IMG/VR virus record: IMGVR_UViG_2700989272_000002
Location: 1 to 11,321 of that record
Reading direction: 5' to 3' (one strand)
Source: a virus
Taxonomy: Duplodnaviria; Heunggongvirae; Uroviricota; Caudoviricetes
DNA: 11,321 nt
Each line of letters starts with the position of its first letter. Within the stretch, counting starts at the first letter, position 1. This document shows positions 1 through 8,299 of the stretch, one piece after another. The position numbers and the translations under genes are program-made. The notes below the pieces were generated by a model, which did not search any database, had not been told where the DNA came from, and saw only the letters and a program-made list of their open reading frames with translations.

Positions 1-249
1 GCTTTTTTCTCAGCTATCGTCCTCTTATTTTGCCGTTACATTTCTTTTTGCACTCTAATGATTAATTTACAATAATAATATCGGTAATTATTGAGTAATA
101 ATAAATTGATTATTGCAAATGTAATTTAATTCCATCTTCGCGTTATATTCCAATCTTTAATCTCCGCATGGAACAAGTTGCATGCGTGACTATATTAAGA
201 CAACTTATAACCACCAAAACATTTGCTTTGCAAGCAAAAACAGTGACCA

Positions 250-278
250 TTGACTCTAAGAAAATTCCGATCTATTGT
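250..278 (+). promoter_or_regulatory. candidate sigma70-type promoter (-35 TTGACT, 17-nt spacer, -10 TATTGT)
   Basis: TTGACT at 250-255, a 17-nt spacer, then TATTGT at 273-278, about 35 nt upstream of the ATG at 313. Such hexamer matches are common by chance in AT-rich DNA. Confidence 0.2.
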
Positions 279-312
279 TAGGATCATCAAAGTTACTTAA
301 CAGTATTCCGAA

Positions 313-414
313 ATGAAAATACAAAGCAAGCTAATTGTCTTATTAAACATTATCATTGCATTTATATTATTTGAGCTTTTAGCTCAAAAATTTGGTTTGA
401 GTACATTATTTTAA
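313..414 (+). CDS. hypothetical 33-aa hydrophobic peptide (MKIQSKLIVLLNIIIAFILFELLAQKFGLSTLF)
   Basis: ATG at 313 to TAA at 412-414, translated by hand. It codes two N-terminal lysines followed by an uninterrupted hydrophobic stretch, like a single-pass membrane peptide. No convincing Shine-Dalgarno precedes it, and AT-rich DNA yields Ile/Leu/Phe-rich ORFs by chance. Confidence 0.2.
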   Translation: MKIQSKLIVLLNIIIAFILFELLAQKFGLSTLF

Positions 415-563
415 AGCAAGATAAACAATATCGGGCACTCTAGTTTTTATAATTAACAATTAAACGTCCATAAAATGTTATTTACTTTTCTTCGCTATTG
501 TCATATCTTAATATTGTGGCTTACGCCACTCTACTTTCATCACATTTTGTACGTTTATGTACT

Positions 564-593
564 CGCCATGAAGCTCTTTCATGGCGATTTTTT
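564..593 (+). terminator. rho-independent terminator-like hairpin (plus strand)
   Basis: Perfect 9-bp stem, cgccatgaa (564-572) paired with ttcatggcg (578-586), with a 5-nt loop, followed by a TTTTTT run at 588-593. Confidence 0.5.
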
Positions 594-859
594 ATTCTTA
601 ATCCAAGAACATACTCCCTACCTATAGCAAAATCACTTTTTTAACAAAAGAATAACGTATTTAGGTAATCATTACGAATTTACCCTATAGGTGCTACTGG
701 CCATTCAATATCCGGTGCTACTGATGTATCAACACTGTTCAGCAACACCCGATATGTCTTCCATGCCGTCAGTAACGATGTCTCTTCCTCCGTTGCGATC
801 TCCAGCTCAGCAACAGTCTGAACGTACCAGGAACAGCCTCCTTCAGGGCTTGAAGGATA

Positions 860-3800
860 TCAATGTTCGCTTCCTGTTAACTGCCGGACAAGTGCAACCA
901 GTTCGCTTACCTGATTTTCCAGAGTGCTGATCCGGGTGCCTGCTGTTGCCAGATTTTGACGTAGCGTTGTGTTTTCCTCTTCCAGCGCGGTAACGCGATC
1001 ATCTGTTTCACGGGCGACCTGAACAAGTAAACCCGTCACGGCGGAGTAGTCAACATTAAGATAGCGAGTTTCTTCGCGTAGCTCGTTGCCGTCAACGGTC
1101 GGACCTTGCAACTCTTCACCATAATGAGTAAACGATCCCACAGCTTCTGGTATCGCCTCCATTACTTCCTGTGCAATAACGCCAGCATAAGGCATCCCGT
1201 TTTCCCTGAGCGTGTAGGTGTATCCGTTCATTTTACGGATTGCTTTCGTCGCGTCGCTGATAACGAGAATATCGTCTTTAAGGTCGCGGTCTGATGACTG
1301 ATTCAGCGTTGTGCAATTAATAGCGCCATTTACATCAAACAACTGGCCTGCTGACGTTTTTTGCGCATAAAACAGATACGCAGCAGACGTTCCAACCTCA
1401 AAAACGTTTTGTCGATCACTTGATCCCCATACTTTTGCGGCAAATGATAGTTCTGTATTACCTAAGTTCTGTAAAACAAAACGATTTCCAGTCCCTGTTT
1501 GTTTTGTAAGAGTTAAATCAACAGTTGAGTTAACCTCATCCTTGTTGATAGTGAGCGCCTGCGCTTTAGCCCCGTTAACAGCACCTGTTTTGAGTTGAAC
1601 CGCGCCGTCATTACCATTTAACAGTATCTCAGCTCCGCTAAAGAAATTTTTTAGCGACAGCATCTTACTTACGCCGACTGATGAACCCAACGCCCACGCG
1701 AGAGAATTACCGGTGCTATCAAACCCACGTACAAAGCAATCCATTTTGCTATAGTCTGACGTGCTTCCAAGGACATCAATTCGCCCTCCGCCAGATTTTA
1801 CCGGGTTAGATGTGGTTAATGACCTGACAGCAAGATCGGTAGATGAATTGAGATCGTCTACTGTTAGTAATTTCTTCCATTCCTGAATCGTCCCTGCCTC
1901 AATTGTTCTTCCCCAAAAACCGGAATTTCGACCTCCGAACTGTACAGCGTAATTTTTACTAAATTGAACATGTATGCCGCCGAGGTTCATAGAACCAGCG
2001 GGGCCGTTTGCACCGCCTGAGATCGGTTTAAATTTTTGTATATTATCGGTGTGTTGGGCGTTCCAGTCCTGACCTGTTATCGTTGATATACCTGATCCGG
2101 TTGCAATAAAGCCAGACGCTTTAAGATTTTGCACATCAAGTCTGTCGTTTGCAAAATTATATGAAATTGCGGTGCTGGTGCTTCCGGCATCATCATAATC
2201 GCTTTTATGAATAAACCAGTTTCCACCATTAGCAATGAGAGTATAAGTAGGCGTGTTAGCCGGGCGATCTGTTTCATTAAATCTTATTGCCGGGTTAGCA
2301 CTATTTATTTGTAAAGGTTTTTCGACCGTTGATTTCAGTATCGCACTATCTACAATTAAATTACCTTCTGAGGTAAAGTCTAGATATTTTGTAGCACCAG
2401 CTGAACCACCGTATGTAAATCTTATTGTTAATCGACCTTGCTCATTTGGAAAAGTCTGAACATACATATCAGCGGCAAGGCGCACAGTGTTATCATTTGC
2501 TAACAGTCTCGTATGGAGCATCCCGCCAGTAGTGTATGCGCCAGTAGAATCACTAGTCCTATCGAGAAATAGACTATTAAGCTGAGGGCTGTTATCCCTG
2601 CCTAATCCAAGATTAGTTCTGGCACCATCAATAGTTGCCGCGCCAGTGCCACCATGAGAAACATCAAGCGGTATCCATTTTTTTTGTGTATCGCTGTAAC
2701 AACCCCATGATGAGGCGGTTAAACCCAGGCGCATGGATTTATCATGGTTATATAACCATGTTTCGCTATTCAATTGGTCAAGACGGTCCACTTCATTTTT
2801 GCGAGCGTGGCGTGTCCATTGCGGGCCTATTGTCGGACTCCAGCGATAGGTATAAAGCGAGCGAGTAGTCCATCCCTGAAATACACCTGTATACGCTGGT
2901 GTTCCATCTACCTGACTAATAAAACCAGTAAGATTACCTTCGCCTGATGCAATAGACGGAAAACCTGTTGCGGAAGCAAAAATGCGCATAAAGCCAATAT
3001 AACCGGATGGATCACCGGAAATATCAGGACAATTGCGCGGTGATGATCCCAAACCGATGTTAGCACCAACAATACCCTGAGCATGGTTGCGATAATTAAG
3101 TGCGTCCGCCGCAGATTTCGCCGCGTTTGTTTCACTGGATTTAGCATTAGTTTCGCTGGCTTTAGCGTTTGTTTCGCTGCTCTTTGCTGCTGCCTCGCTA
3201 TTTTTCGCGTTGGTTTCTGATTTTTTGGCGGCTGTCGCGGAGTTTGCCGATGCAGTTTGTGAGTCTGCTGCCGCCTGTGCGCTGTTATCCGCATTCGTCT
3301 CAGACGTTTTTGCGGCCTTCGCGGAATTTCCTGCCGCCGTTGCCGAGGAAGCTGCGCTACTGGCGCTCAAGGATGCGTTCGTTTCTGATGATTTCGCTGC
3401 CTCTTTTGAGGCCGCCGCATCCCGGGCTGAGGTGGCAGCTTCTGACGCTTTCGTGGTCGCGGTGGATGCAGAAGTGGCGGCTGATTGTTCTGACGTTTTC
3501 GCCGCACCGGCACTGGTAGCTGCCACGCTTTTTGAGGACTCTGCAGCGGCAGCACTTTTTGAGGCTTCAGTGGCCTTTGTTGATGCCGTTCCTGCGCTGG
3601 AAGACGCTGACTGAGCCGACGAAGCGGCCTGTCCGGCTGACGTGCTGGCTGCACGTGCTGAGCCTGTAGCATCAGTCGCATGGGTTGCCGCCTCACGGGC
3701 TGATGTGCCGGCATCGCTGGCTGACTTCTTCGCGGCTGCCGTGTCCTGTGCCACTGCGGACGCGTTACGCGCCACCTCTTCCACCATCAGTTCAAAGCGG

Positions 3801-4111
3801 CGCAGTGCCTCCGGACGGGCATCATCCTCCGTCATGGCACCGAGAAAATCATTCAGCGTACCCGGTTGTGAGTCTTCATACACGGTGATGGTCCCGGCAT
3901 GCGATGGCGGGAAGCCTTCCACCAACAGAATAACGCTGTACTGACCGTACTCAACGTCCATGCTGTAACGCCCTGCTTCATCCGGATTTTCAGATGCCAC
4001 CGTGTTCACCACCACCGTGGTGCTGTTACGTTTTGCTTTCAGCTGGATTGTGCAGTTCTGTACCGGTTTACCTGCACCGTCTTTCAGTACACCTGAAATC
4101 TTTACTGCCAT
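860..4111 (-). CDS. stf: side tail fiber protein (lambda Stf-like N-terminus; Ala/Ser/Thr-rich repeat section; long distal region; C-terminal intramolecular-chaperone-like domain)
   Basis: Minus-strand ORF of 1085 codons. The N-terminus MAVKISGVLKDGAGKPVQNCTIQLKA... matches my recollection of lambda Stf. The ORF track starts at 4117, but that codon is GTG; the first ATG is at 4111 and gives the MAVKISG start, so I call the start there. Stop is TGA at 860-862. It sits directly after lom, as stf does in lambda. Confidence 0.85.
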   Translation of the reverse strand: MAVKISGVLKDGAGKPVQNCTIQLKAKRNSTTVVVNTVASENPDEAGRYSMDVEYGQYSVILLVEGFPPSHAGTITVYEDSQPGTLNDFLGAMTEDDARPEALRRFELMVEEVARNASAVAQDTAAAKKSASDAGTSAREAATHATDATGSARAASTSAGQAASSAQSASSSAGTASTKATEASKSAAAAESSKSVAATSAGAAKTSEQSAATSASTATTKASEAATSARDAAASKEAAKSSETNASLSASSAASSATAAGNSAKAAKTSETNADNSAQAAADSQTASANSATAAKKSETNAKNSEAAAKSSETNAKASETNAKSSETNAAKSAADALNYRNHAQGIVGANIGLGSSPRNCPDISGDPSGYIGFMRIFASATGFPSIASGEGNLTGFISQVDGTPAYTGVFQGWTTRSLYTYRWSPTIGPQWTRHARKNEVDRLDQLNSETWLYNHDKSMRLGLTASSWGCYSDTQKKWIPLDVSHGGTGAATIDGARTNLGLGRDNSPQLNSLFLDRTSDSTGAYTTGGMLHTRLLANDNTVRLAADMYVQTFPNEQGRLTIRFTYGGSAGATKYLDFTSEGNLIVDSAILKSTVEKPLQINSANPAIRFNETDRPANTPTYTLIANGGNWFIHKSDYDDAGSTSTAISYNFANDRLDVQNLKASGFIATGSGISTITGQDWNAQHTDNIQKFKPISGGANGPAGSMNLGGIHVQFSKNYAVQFGGRNSGFWGRTIEAGTIQEWKKLLTVDDLNSSTDLAVRSLTTSNPVKSGGGRIDVLGSTSDYSKMDCFVRGFDSTGNSLAWALGSSVGVSKMLSLKNFFSGAEILLNGNDGAVQLKTGAVNGAKAQALTINKDEVNSTVDLTLTKQTGTGNRFVLQNLGNTELSFAAKVWGSSDRQNVFEVGTSAAYLFYAQKTSAGQLFDVNGAINCTTLNQSSDRDLKDDILVISDATKAIRKMNGYTYTLRENGMPYAGVIAQEVMEAIPEAVGSFTHYGEELQGPTVDGNELREETRYLNVDYSAVTGLLVQVARETDDRVTALEEENTTLRQNLATAGTRISTLENQVSELVALVRQLTGSEH
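3119..3229 (-). repeat. about five tandem 21-nt repeats inside stf encoding SETNAK-type heptapeptides
   Basis: The motifs gtttc and tttagc/ctttgc/tttcgc recur at a 21-nt period (for example gtttc at 3129, 3150, 3171). The protein reads KKSETNAKNSEAAAKSSETNAKASETNAKSSETNAAK. They lie within a longer Ala/Ser/Thr-rich low-complexity region at about 3104-3766. Confidence 0.7.
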
Positions 4112-4120
4112 ATTCACCCC

Positions 4121-4149
4121 ACAAAAAAGCCCGCCTGAACCGGCGGGCT
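4121..4149 (-). terminator. rho-independent terminator-like hairpin between lom and stf (minus strand)
   Basis: On the minus strand, a 7-bp GC-rich stem (plus-strand gcccgcc 4129-4135 paired with ggcgggc 4142-4148, 6-nt loop) is followed by TTTTTT (complement of the A-run at 4123-4128). It lies 27 nt after the lom stop and about 10 nt before the stf ATG. Confidence 0.6.
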
Positions 4150-4175
4150 GTCATAACACTGTGTTACCTGGCTAA

Positions 4176-4775
4176 TCAGAACTTATAACCGACACCCACG
4201 ATGAAACCGTCAGTGCGCCAGTCGCCACTGCCGGAGCCTTCATAAGCAATATCAATGGCCACCGATTCGGTCGGGTTAAACTGCACGCCAGCTCCCCACG
4301 CCAGAGACGTGTTGCTGTGGCGACCGTCATCACTTCCGGTCAGCACATCGTGCGTTTTCCCCTTGTTGTCAGTTACGCGGAGATAATCCCCGGAGAAAGT
4401 CGACACACGGCTGTAAGCCACACCCGCCATCGCATACGCGCTGAACCATTCATTCACGCGTACAGACGGCCCCGCCATCACGCTGAACCAGCGGTTACGT
4501 AAGGAATCTTCATGCCAGCGGGTATCGCTGTAACGGGTCAGCTGGCGATTCTTGTCTCCTGCATAGCTGAATGACGTCACCAGCCCTAGTGTGTCCGTAA
4601 ACTCATAACGGTATTTCACGTTAATCCCGTTCAGATCATCGCTGCCGGGAACGTTCGTCGAGGCATGAAGATAGCCCGCGCTCAGCGTGGACTGATGTTC
4701 AGACGCCCATGCAGGCGCACCGGATACGGCCAGACAGATGGCTGCGGACAAAATGGCGGCATAAAGTTTACGCAT
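4176..4775 (-). CDS. lom: outer membrane beta-barrel protein Lom (Ail/Lom/PagC/OmpX family), phage moron
   Basis: 199-aa ORF with a signal-peptide-like N-terminus (MRKLYAAILSAAICLAVSGAPAWA). Its C-terminus, ...VDIAYEGSGSGDWRTDGFIVGVGYKF, matches my recollection of lambda Lom. A GAGAGG Shine-Dalgarno-like motif sits about 8 nt before the ATG. It occupies the lambda position between J and stf. Confidence 0.9.
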   Translation of the reverse strand: MRKLYAAILSAAICLAVSGAPAWASEHQSTLSAGYLHASTNVPGSDDLNGINVKYRYEFTDTLGLVTSFSYAGDKNRQLTRYSDTRWHEDSLRNRWFSVMAGPSVRVNEWFSAYAMAGVAYSRVSTFSGDYLRVTDNKGKTHDVLTGSDDGRHSNTSLAWGAGVQFNPTESVAIDIAYEGSGSGDWRTDGFIVGVGYKF

Positions 4776-4798
4776 AATTACCTCTCGCTTTTCTGCAA

Positions 4799-4824
4799 TA
4801 AAAAAGGCGCCAGAAATGGCGCCC
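4799..4824 (-). terminator. rho-independent terminator-like hairpin between J and lom (minus strand)
   Basis: On the minus strand, stem GGCGCC (4818-4823) paired with GGCGCC (4806-4811) around a 6-nt loop, followed by TTTTTT (complement of the A-run at 4800-4805). It lies 20 nt after the J stop and about 24 nt before the lom ATG. Confidence 0.55.
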
Positions 4825-4843
4825 GCATATGGGTTATGAAAAT

Positions 4844-7800
4844 TCAGCTAATCGTGATACCTGCTGTGGATTTCTTCATCACCACAACCAGCAAATCGCT
4901 GATACTGGCTGTGGGATACCAGTCATTTACCAGCCACGCTGATACCGAAAACTCCAGCGTCATGTGACCGCGACCAGCAGGCATATCAATAACACCTGTA
5001 TAAACCAGCGTATTATCCAGCGCGGTACGGTTATAAATTTCAGCACCGTTTTTCTTCACTATCAGGCGGCATGACGAATAAATATCGTTATTCTCCCGCT
5101 CATGTTTAGCGCCACGAAACGCCACCGCGGGAATAACAATCTGCCGGTCAAACGGCTGATCGTCATAAACCCTGACGGTAATGGTCCCTGATGGCCACCG
5201 CTCCGGTGCACGGGAGTCCCGGGGGAAAGCTTTGCCCACTGTTTTAACGAGATCGCCTTCAATCTGGTTCGCGGACAGTTTTCCCAGAACCCGACAGTTC
5301 TCGTTAATCGTGACATTGTTGAGCGTCCCGGCGTTCGCATTCACACTGCCACTGATATCCGCATTTTTAGCGGTCAGCTTTCCGTCCGGTGTCAGGGAAA
5401 ATACCGGTGGATTTCCACCACTGGTAATGGTGGGGGCCGTCAGGCGTTTGAGGAACACGTCGTTCATGAATATCTGGTTGCCCTGCGCCACAAACATCGG
5501 CGTTTCATTCCCGTTTGCCGGGTCAATAAACGCGATACGATTGGCGGCAACCAGAAACTGGCTCAGTTTGCCTTCCTCTGTATCCTCCATGCTGAGGCCA
5601 AGCCCCGCGACATAATGCTTACCGTCTTCGGTCTGCTCAATTTTGACGCCCCACATGGCGTTCCATTTATCGTTAGCGTCCTTCCACTCTTTCGAAAACT
5701 CCTCCAGTCTGCTGGCGTTATCCTCCGTCAGCTCGACTTTTTCCAGCAACTCCTTGCCGAGATGGGATTCGGTTATCTTGCCTTTGAAAAAATCCAGGTA
5801 ACCTTCCGCATCATCGCTCGCCCGACCGACGGCCTCCACAAATGCCGATTTGCCAACGGTGTTCACACTGCGAACGTAAAAATAATAATCATGGCCCGGT
5901 TTGATATTGATACTGGCGGCTATCCAGTACAGCCCCGTGCCAAGATAGCGGGCTGTGGTTTCAACCTGCCTGATATCGGTAATCCGCTTTTCCGAGAACC
6001 AGAACTCAAACTGTACCGTCGGATCATAAACCGCAAGATGCGGCGTGGCGGTTATCTGAAAATAGCCCGGCGTCAGCTCAATCCGCGACGGTGCTGCCGG
6101 TGCGGCGATCCGGAACGATACCGATGCCGGATCGCCCTGCTGTCCCCACGCATTTACCGCCCGGACCGTCAGCCTGTAGTTCCCCAGCGCCAGTTGCGTG
6201 AAGCGGTATGTGGTTTCCGTCGTCCTGGCCGTGCTGACCAGCCGCTCACTGCCGTCATCCGCTGCCACGGTCAGGCGAAGCATAAAGCTCACGCCCTTCA
6301 CCACCTTCGGCGTGTCCCATCGCGCCAGCACCTGATATTCCCCGCTGTCTGCGGTGACTTCGGCGGTCAGATGCTGCACTGCTGGCGGCGTGACACCATT
6401 CACCGTGCCGCTCTGGTCACCGTCAAAGTGCGCCCCGTTATCCACGATGGCTTCTTTCTCCGGTACATGCTGCACGGCAGTGATGGCATACGTGCCGTCG
6501 TCGTTCTCACGGATACTCACACAGCGGAACAGGCGCTGGCGCAGCGTCGGCAGCTTCAGCCCCCACACGCTGTACTCGGCAACGCCGTCAGGAACCCGGC
6601 TCACTTTCACCTTCACGCCGTCGGTGACGGACTGGACCTCCACGCTGACCGGATTGCCACTTCCGTCAACCAGGCTTATCAGCGTGGTGCCGGAGGATGG
6701 CAGCGTGATTTCACGGTCGAGCGTCAGCGTCCGGGTCTGGCTGTTCACCGCCAGCACGCGCCCGCCGGTGCTGATACCGGCATAGTCATCATCGCAGATT
6801 TCAATGACATCGCCCGGTACATGGCGAAGCCCTTCTGCGCCGACGCTGAAATCCACGGTCTGCGTCTCCAGCAGTTCTGTTTTAATCAGCCACAGCCCGG
6901 CGCGGTGCGCCTGCCCCCGACTGGTACAGCCAAACGCATCCATCTTCGTGACGTTACGACCGTAACGGGCAATGGCCTGCGAGTCCTCCACAAGCTCTGT
7001 TGCCGTCTCCCAGCCGTTATCCGGGTCAATCCAGTTCACTTCAACGGCATTATGGCGGTCTTTCAGGGCGCTGAAGCTGTAGCGGAATGGTGCGCCATCA
7101 TCCGGCATCACCACATTACTGCGGTTATAGGTCCACACCTTATCTGATGGTCGGTCCTGCACGAACGTCAGCGTCTGCCCGTTCCATACCGGCATACAGC
7201 GCATCGCCGAGCAGAAATCACTGAGCACATCCCACGCCTTGCGCTGTGTGGTCAGGTACGCATTACAGGTGATGCGCGGCTCCGTGCCGCCAAAGCCGTC
7301 CGGCACCGACTGGTCGCAGTACTGGCCGATGACATACAGCGCCCATTTATCCACATCCGCCGCACCAAGACGTTTCCCCATGCCGTAGCGCGGATGGGTC
7401 AGCATATCCCACAGACACCAGGCCATGTTGTTGCTGTATGCCGGTTTAAACGTTCCGTCCCAGATACCGCTGTATTGCCGCGTCTGCGGGTTATAATTCG
7501 ACGGCACCTGCAGAATACGCCCGCGAAGATGATAATTACGGCTCACCTGCTGGCTGCCGAACTGCTCCGAGTCCACCTGCACGCCGACCAGTGCCGTGTT
7601 CGGGTAGCACTGTTTCACATCGATAATTTCGGTGTATGACGACCAGAGCGTTTTGTTCTGCAGCTGGTCTGTGGTGCTGTCCGGCGTCATCCTGCGCATC
7701 CGGATATTAAACGGGCGCGGCGGCAGGTTATCCACCACCACCGAGGCCAGATACTGTGAAGTGGTTTTACCCTTAATGGTGATGTCTTTTTCCGTCACCC

Positions 7801-8239
7801 AGCCACCGTTACGTTGTATCTGAACCAGCAGGCGGACTTCCGATGGATTCCTGTCCCCCTTTGAGGTGGTTTCCACCAGTGCCTGCACACCGAAGGTAAA
7901 ACGCAGTCGGTCAATGTTTGCCGACGTGATGGTCCGGGTGATCGGCGTGTCGTATTTCACTTCCGTACCCAGCACCGTCTCGGAGCCGGAGGATTCAAAT
8001 CCCTCCGGCGGAGTCTGCTCCTGCTCACCAGCCCGGAACACCACCGTGACACCGGCGATGTTGGTATTCCCCTCACTGTCCAGCACCGGCGTACTGTTCA
8101 GCAGTACGCTTTTTAATCCATCCACCGGACCTTCAATCGGCCCTTCACTGATGGCGTCTATCACGCTCAGCATCTGGGATGATTTCAGGTTGTCCTTCGC
8201 TTCGCGCGGGGTATGCCCCTTACTGCTGCCTTTACCCAT
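4844..8239 (-). CDS. J: tail tip / central tail fiber protein J (host specificity protein)
   Basis: 1131-aa ORF. The N-terminus [20 protein letters not shown]... and most of the length match my recollection of lambda gpJ (1132 aa). A GAGGA Shine-Dalgarno-like motif immediately precedes the ATG. Stop is TGA at 4844-4846. The last ~150 residues look different from lambda. Confidence 0.95.
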   Translation of the reverse strand: MGKGSSKGHTPREAKDNLKSSQMLSVIDAISEGPIEGPVDGLKSVLLNSTPVLDSEGNTNIAGVTVVFRAGEQEQTPPEGFESSGSETVLGTEVKYDTPITRTITSANIDRLRFTFGVQALVETTSKGDRNPSEVRLLVQIQRNGGWVTEKDITIKGKTTSQYLASVVVDNLPPRPFNIRMRRMTPDSTTDQLQNKTLWSSYTEIIDVKQCYPNTALVGVQVDSEQFGSQQVSRNYHLRGRILQVPSNYNPQTRQYSGIWDGTFKPAYSNNMAWCLWDMLTHPRYGMGKRLGAADVDKWALYVIGQYCDQSVPDGFGGTEPRITCNAYLTTQRKAWDVLSDFCSAMRCMPVWNGQTLTFVQDRPSDKVWTYNRSNVVMPDDGAPFRYSFSALKDRHNAVEVNWIDPDNGWETATELVEDSQAIARYGRNVTKMDAFGCTSRGQAHRAGLWLIKTELLETQTVDFSVGAEGLRHVPGDVIEICDDDYAGISTGGRVLAVNSQTRTLTLDREITLPSSGTTLISLVDGSGNPVSVEVQSVTDGVKVKVSRVPDGVAEYSVWGLKLPTLRQRLFRCVSIRENDDGTYAITAVQHVPEKEAIVDNGAHFDGDQSGTVNGVTPPAVQHLTAEVTADSGEYQVLARWDTPKVVKGVSFMLRLTVAADDGSERLVSTARTTETTYRFTQLALGNYRLTVRAVNAWGQQGDPASVSFRIAAPAAPSRIELTPGYFQITATPHLAVYDPTVQFEFWFSEKRITDIRQVETTARYLGTGLYWIAASINIKPGHDYYFYVRSVNTVGKSAFVEAVGRASDDAEGYLDFFKGKITESHLGKELLEKVELTEDNASRLEEFSKEWKDANDKWNAMWGVKIEQTEDGKHYVAGLGLSMEDTEEGKLSQFLVAANRIAFIDPANGNETPMFVAQGNQIFMNDVFLKRLTAPTITSGGNPPVFSLTPDGKLTAKNADISGSVNANAGTLNNVTINENCRVLGKLSANQIEGDLVKTVGKAFPRDSRAPERWPSGTITVRVYDDQPFDRQIVIPAVAFRGAKHERENNDIYSSCRLIVKKNGAEIYNRTALDNTLVYTGVIDMPAGRGHMTLEFSVSAWLVNDWYPTASISDLLVVVMKKSTAGITIS

Positions 8240-8261
8240 TCCTCACGCTCCATAAACGACA

Positions 8262-8281
8262 AAACCGCCCGCAGGCGGTTT
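8262..8281 (-). other. conserved-looking hairpin in the I-J intergenic gap
   Basis: Perfect 8-bp inverted repeat, aaaccgcc (8262-8269) and ggcggttt (8274-8281), with a 4-nt loop, inside the 60-nt gap between the I stop and the J start. On the minus strand it is followed by TGTCGTTTATGG, which is not a clean U-tract. Confidence 0.35.
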
Positions 8282-8299
8282 CACATAAAATGTTTTGCA

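Larger units (their letters stand above)
1..690. other. AT-rich segment without long ORFs; likely cargo/moron region or prophage-flank junction
   Basis: Base composition shifts sharply near position 690. Lines 1-690 are visibly AT-rich (rough hand count of a few lines gives about 15-37% G+C), whereas the tail genes to the right are clearly G+C-richer. The six-frame track shows no ORF of 60 aa or more here. Confidence 0.6.

Noticed and set aside
168-281. 37-codon plus-strand ORF (MEQVACVTILRQLITTKTFALQAKTVTIDSKKIPIYC)
   Set aside because: No RBS, and it overlaps the candidate promoter for the 313-414 ORF. It is indistinguishable from a chance ORF in AT-rich DNA.
373-385. Small inverted repeat gagct-ttt-agctc inside the small ORF
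   Set aside because: The stem is only 5 bp and no U-tract follows on either strand, so it is unlikely to be a functional terminator or operator.
840-856. Hairpin immediately after the stf stop codon (ccttca...tgaagg)
   Set aside because: It is a 6-7 bp stem with no following U-tract on the minus strand, so it is not a convincing intrinsic terminator.
691-930. 79-aa plus-strand ORF overlapping the 3' end of stf
   Set aside because: It overlaps the stf C-terminal coding region on the opposite strand, has no recognisable features, and is short. It is probably spurious.
3210-3614. 134-aa Ala-rich ORF on the plus strand, and the neighbouring ORFs at 3169-3519 (+) and 3367-3714 (-)
   Set aside because: These are shadow ORFs produced by the GC-rich, repetitive Ala/Ser/Thr-coding section of stf. 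Their composition simply mirrors the complement of the repeat codons.
4112-4117. Track-listed stf start at 4117 (MNM...)
   Set aside because: The codon at 4115-4117 is GTG. The ATG at 4109-4111 gives MAVKISG, matching lambda Stf, and sits about 10 nt after the lom terminator T-run.
5615-7147. 510-aa ORF on the plus strand
   Set aside because: It lies entirely antisense to J, whose product is a recognisable lambda-family protein. The ORF product is Arg/Pro/His-rich with no recognisable features. Long stop-free antisense frames are expected in G+C-rich coding DNA.
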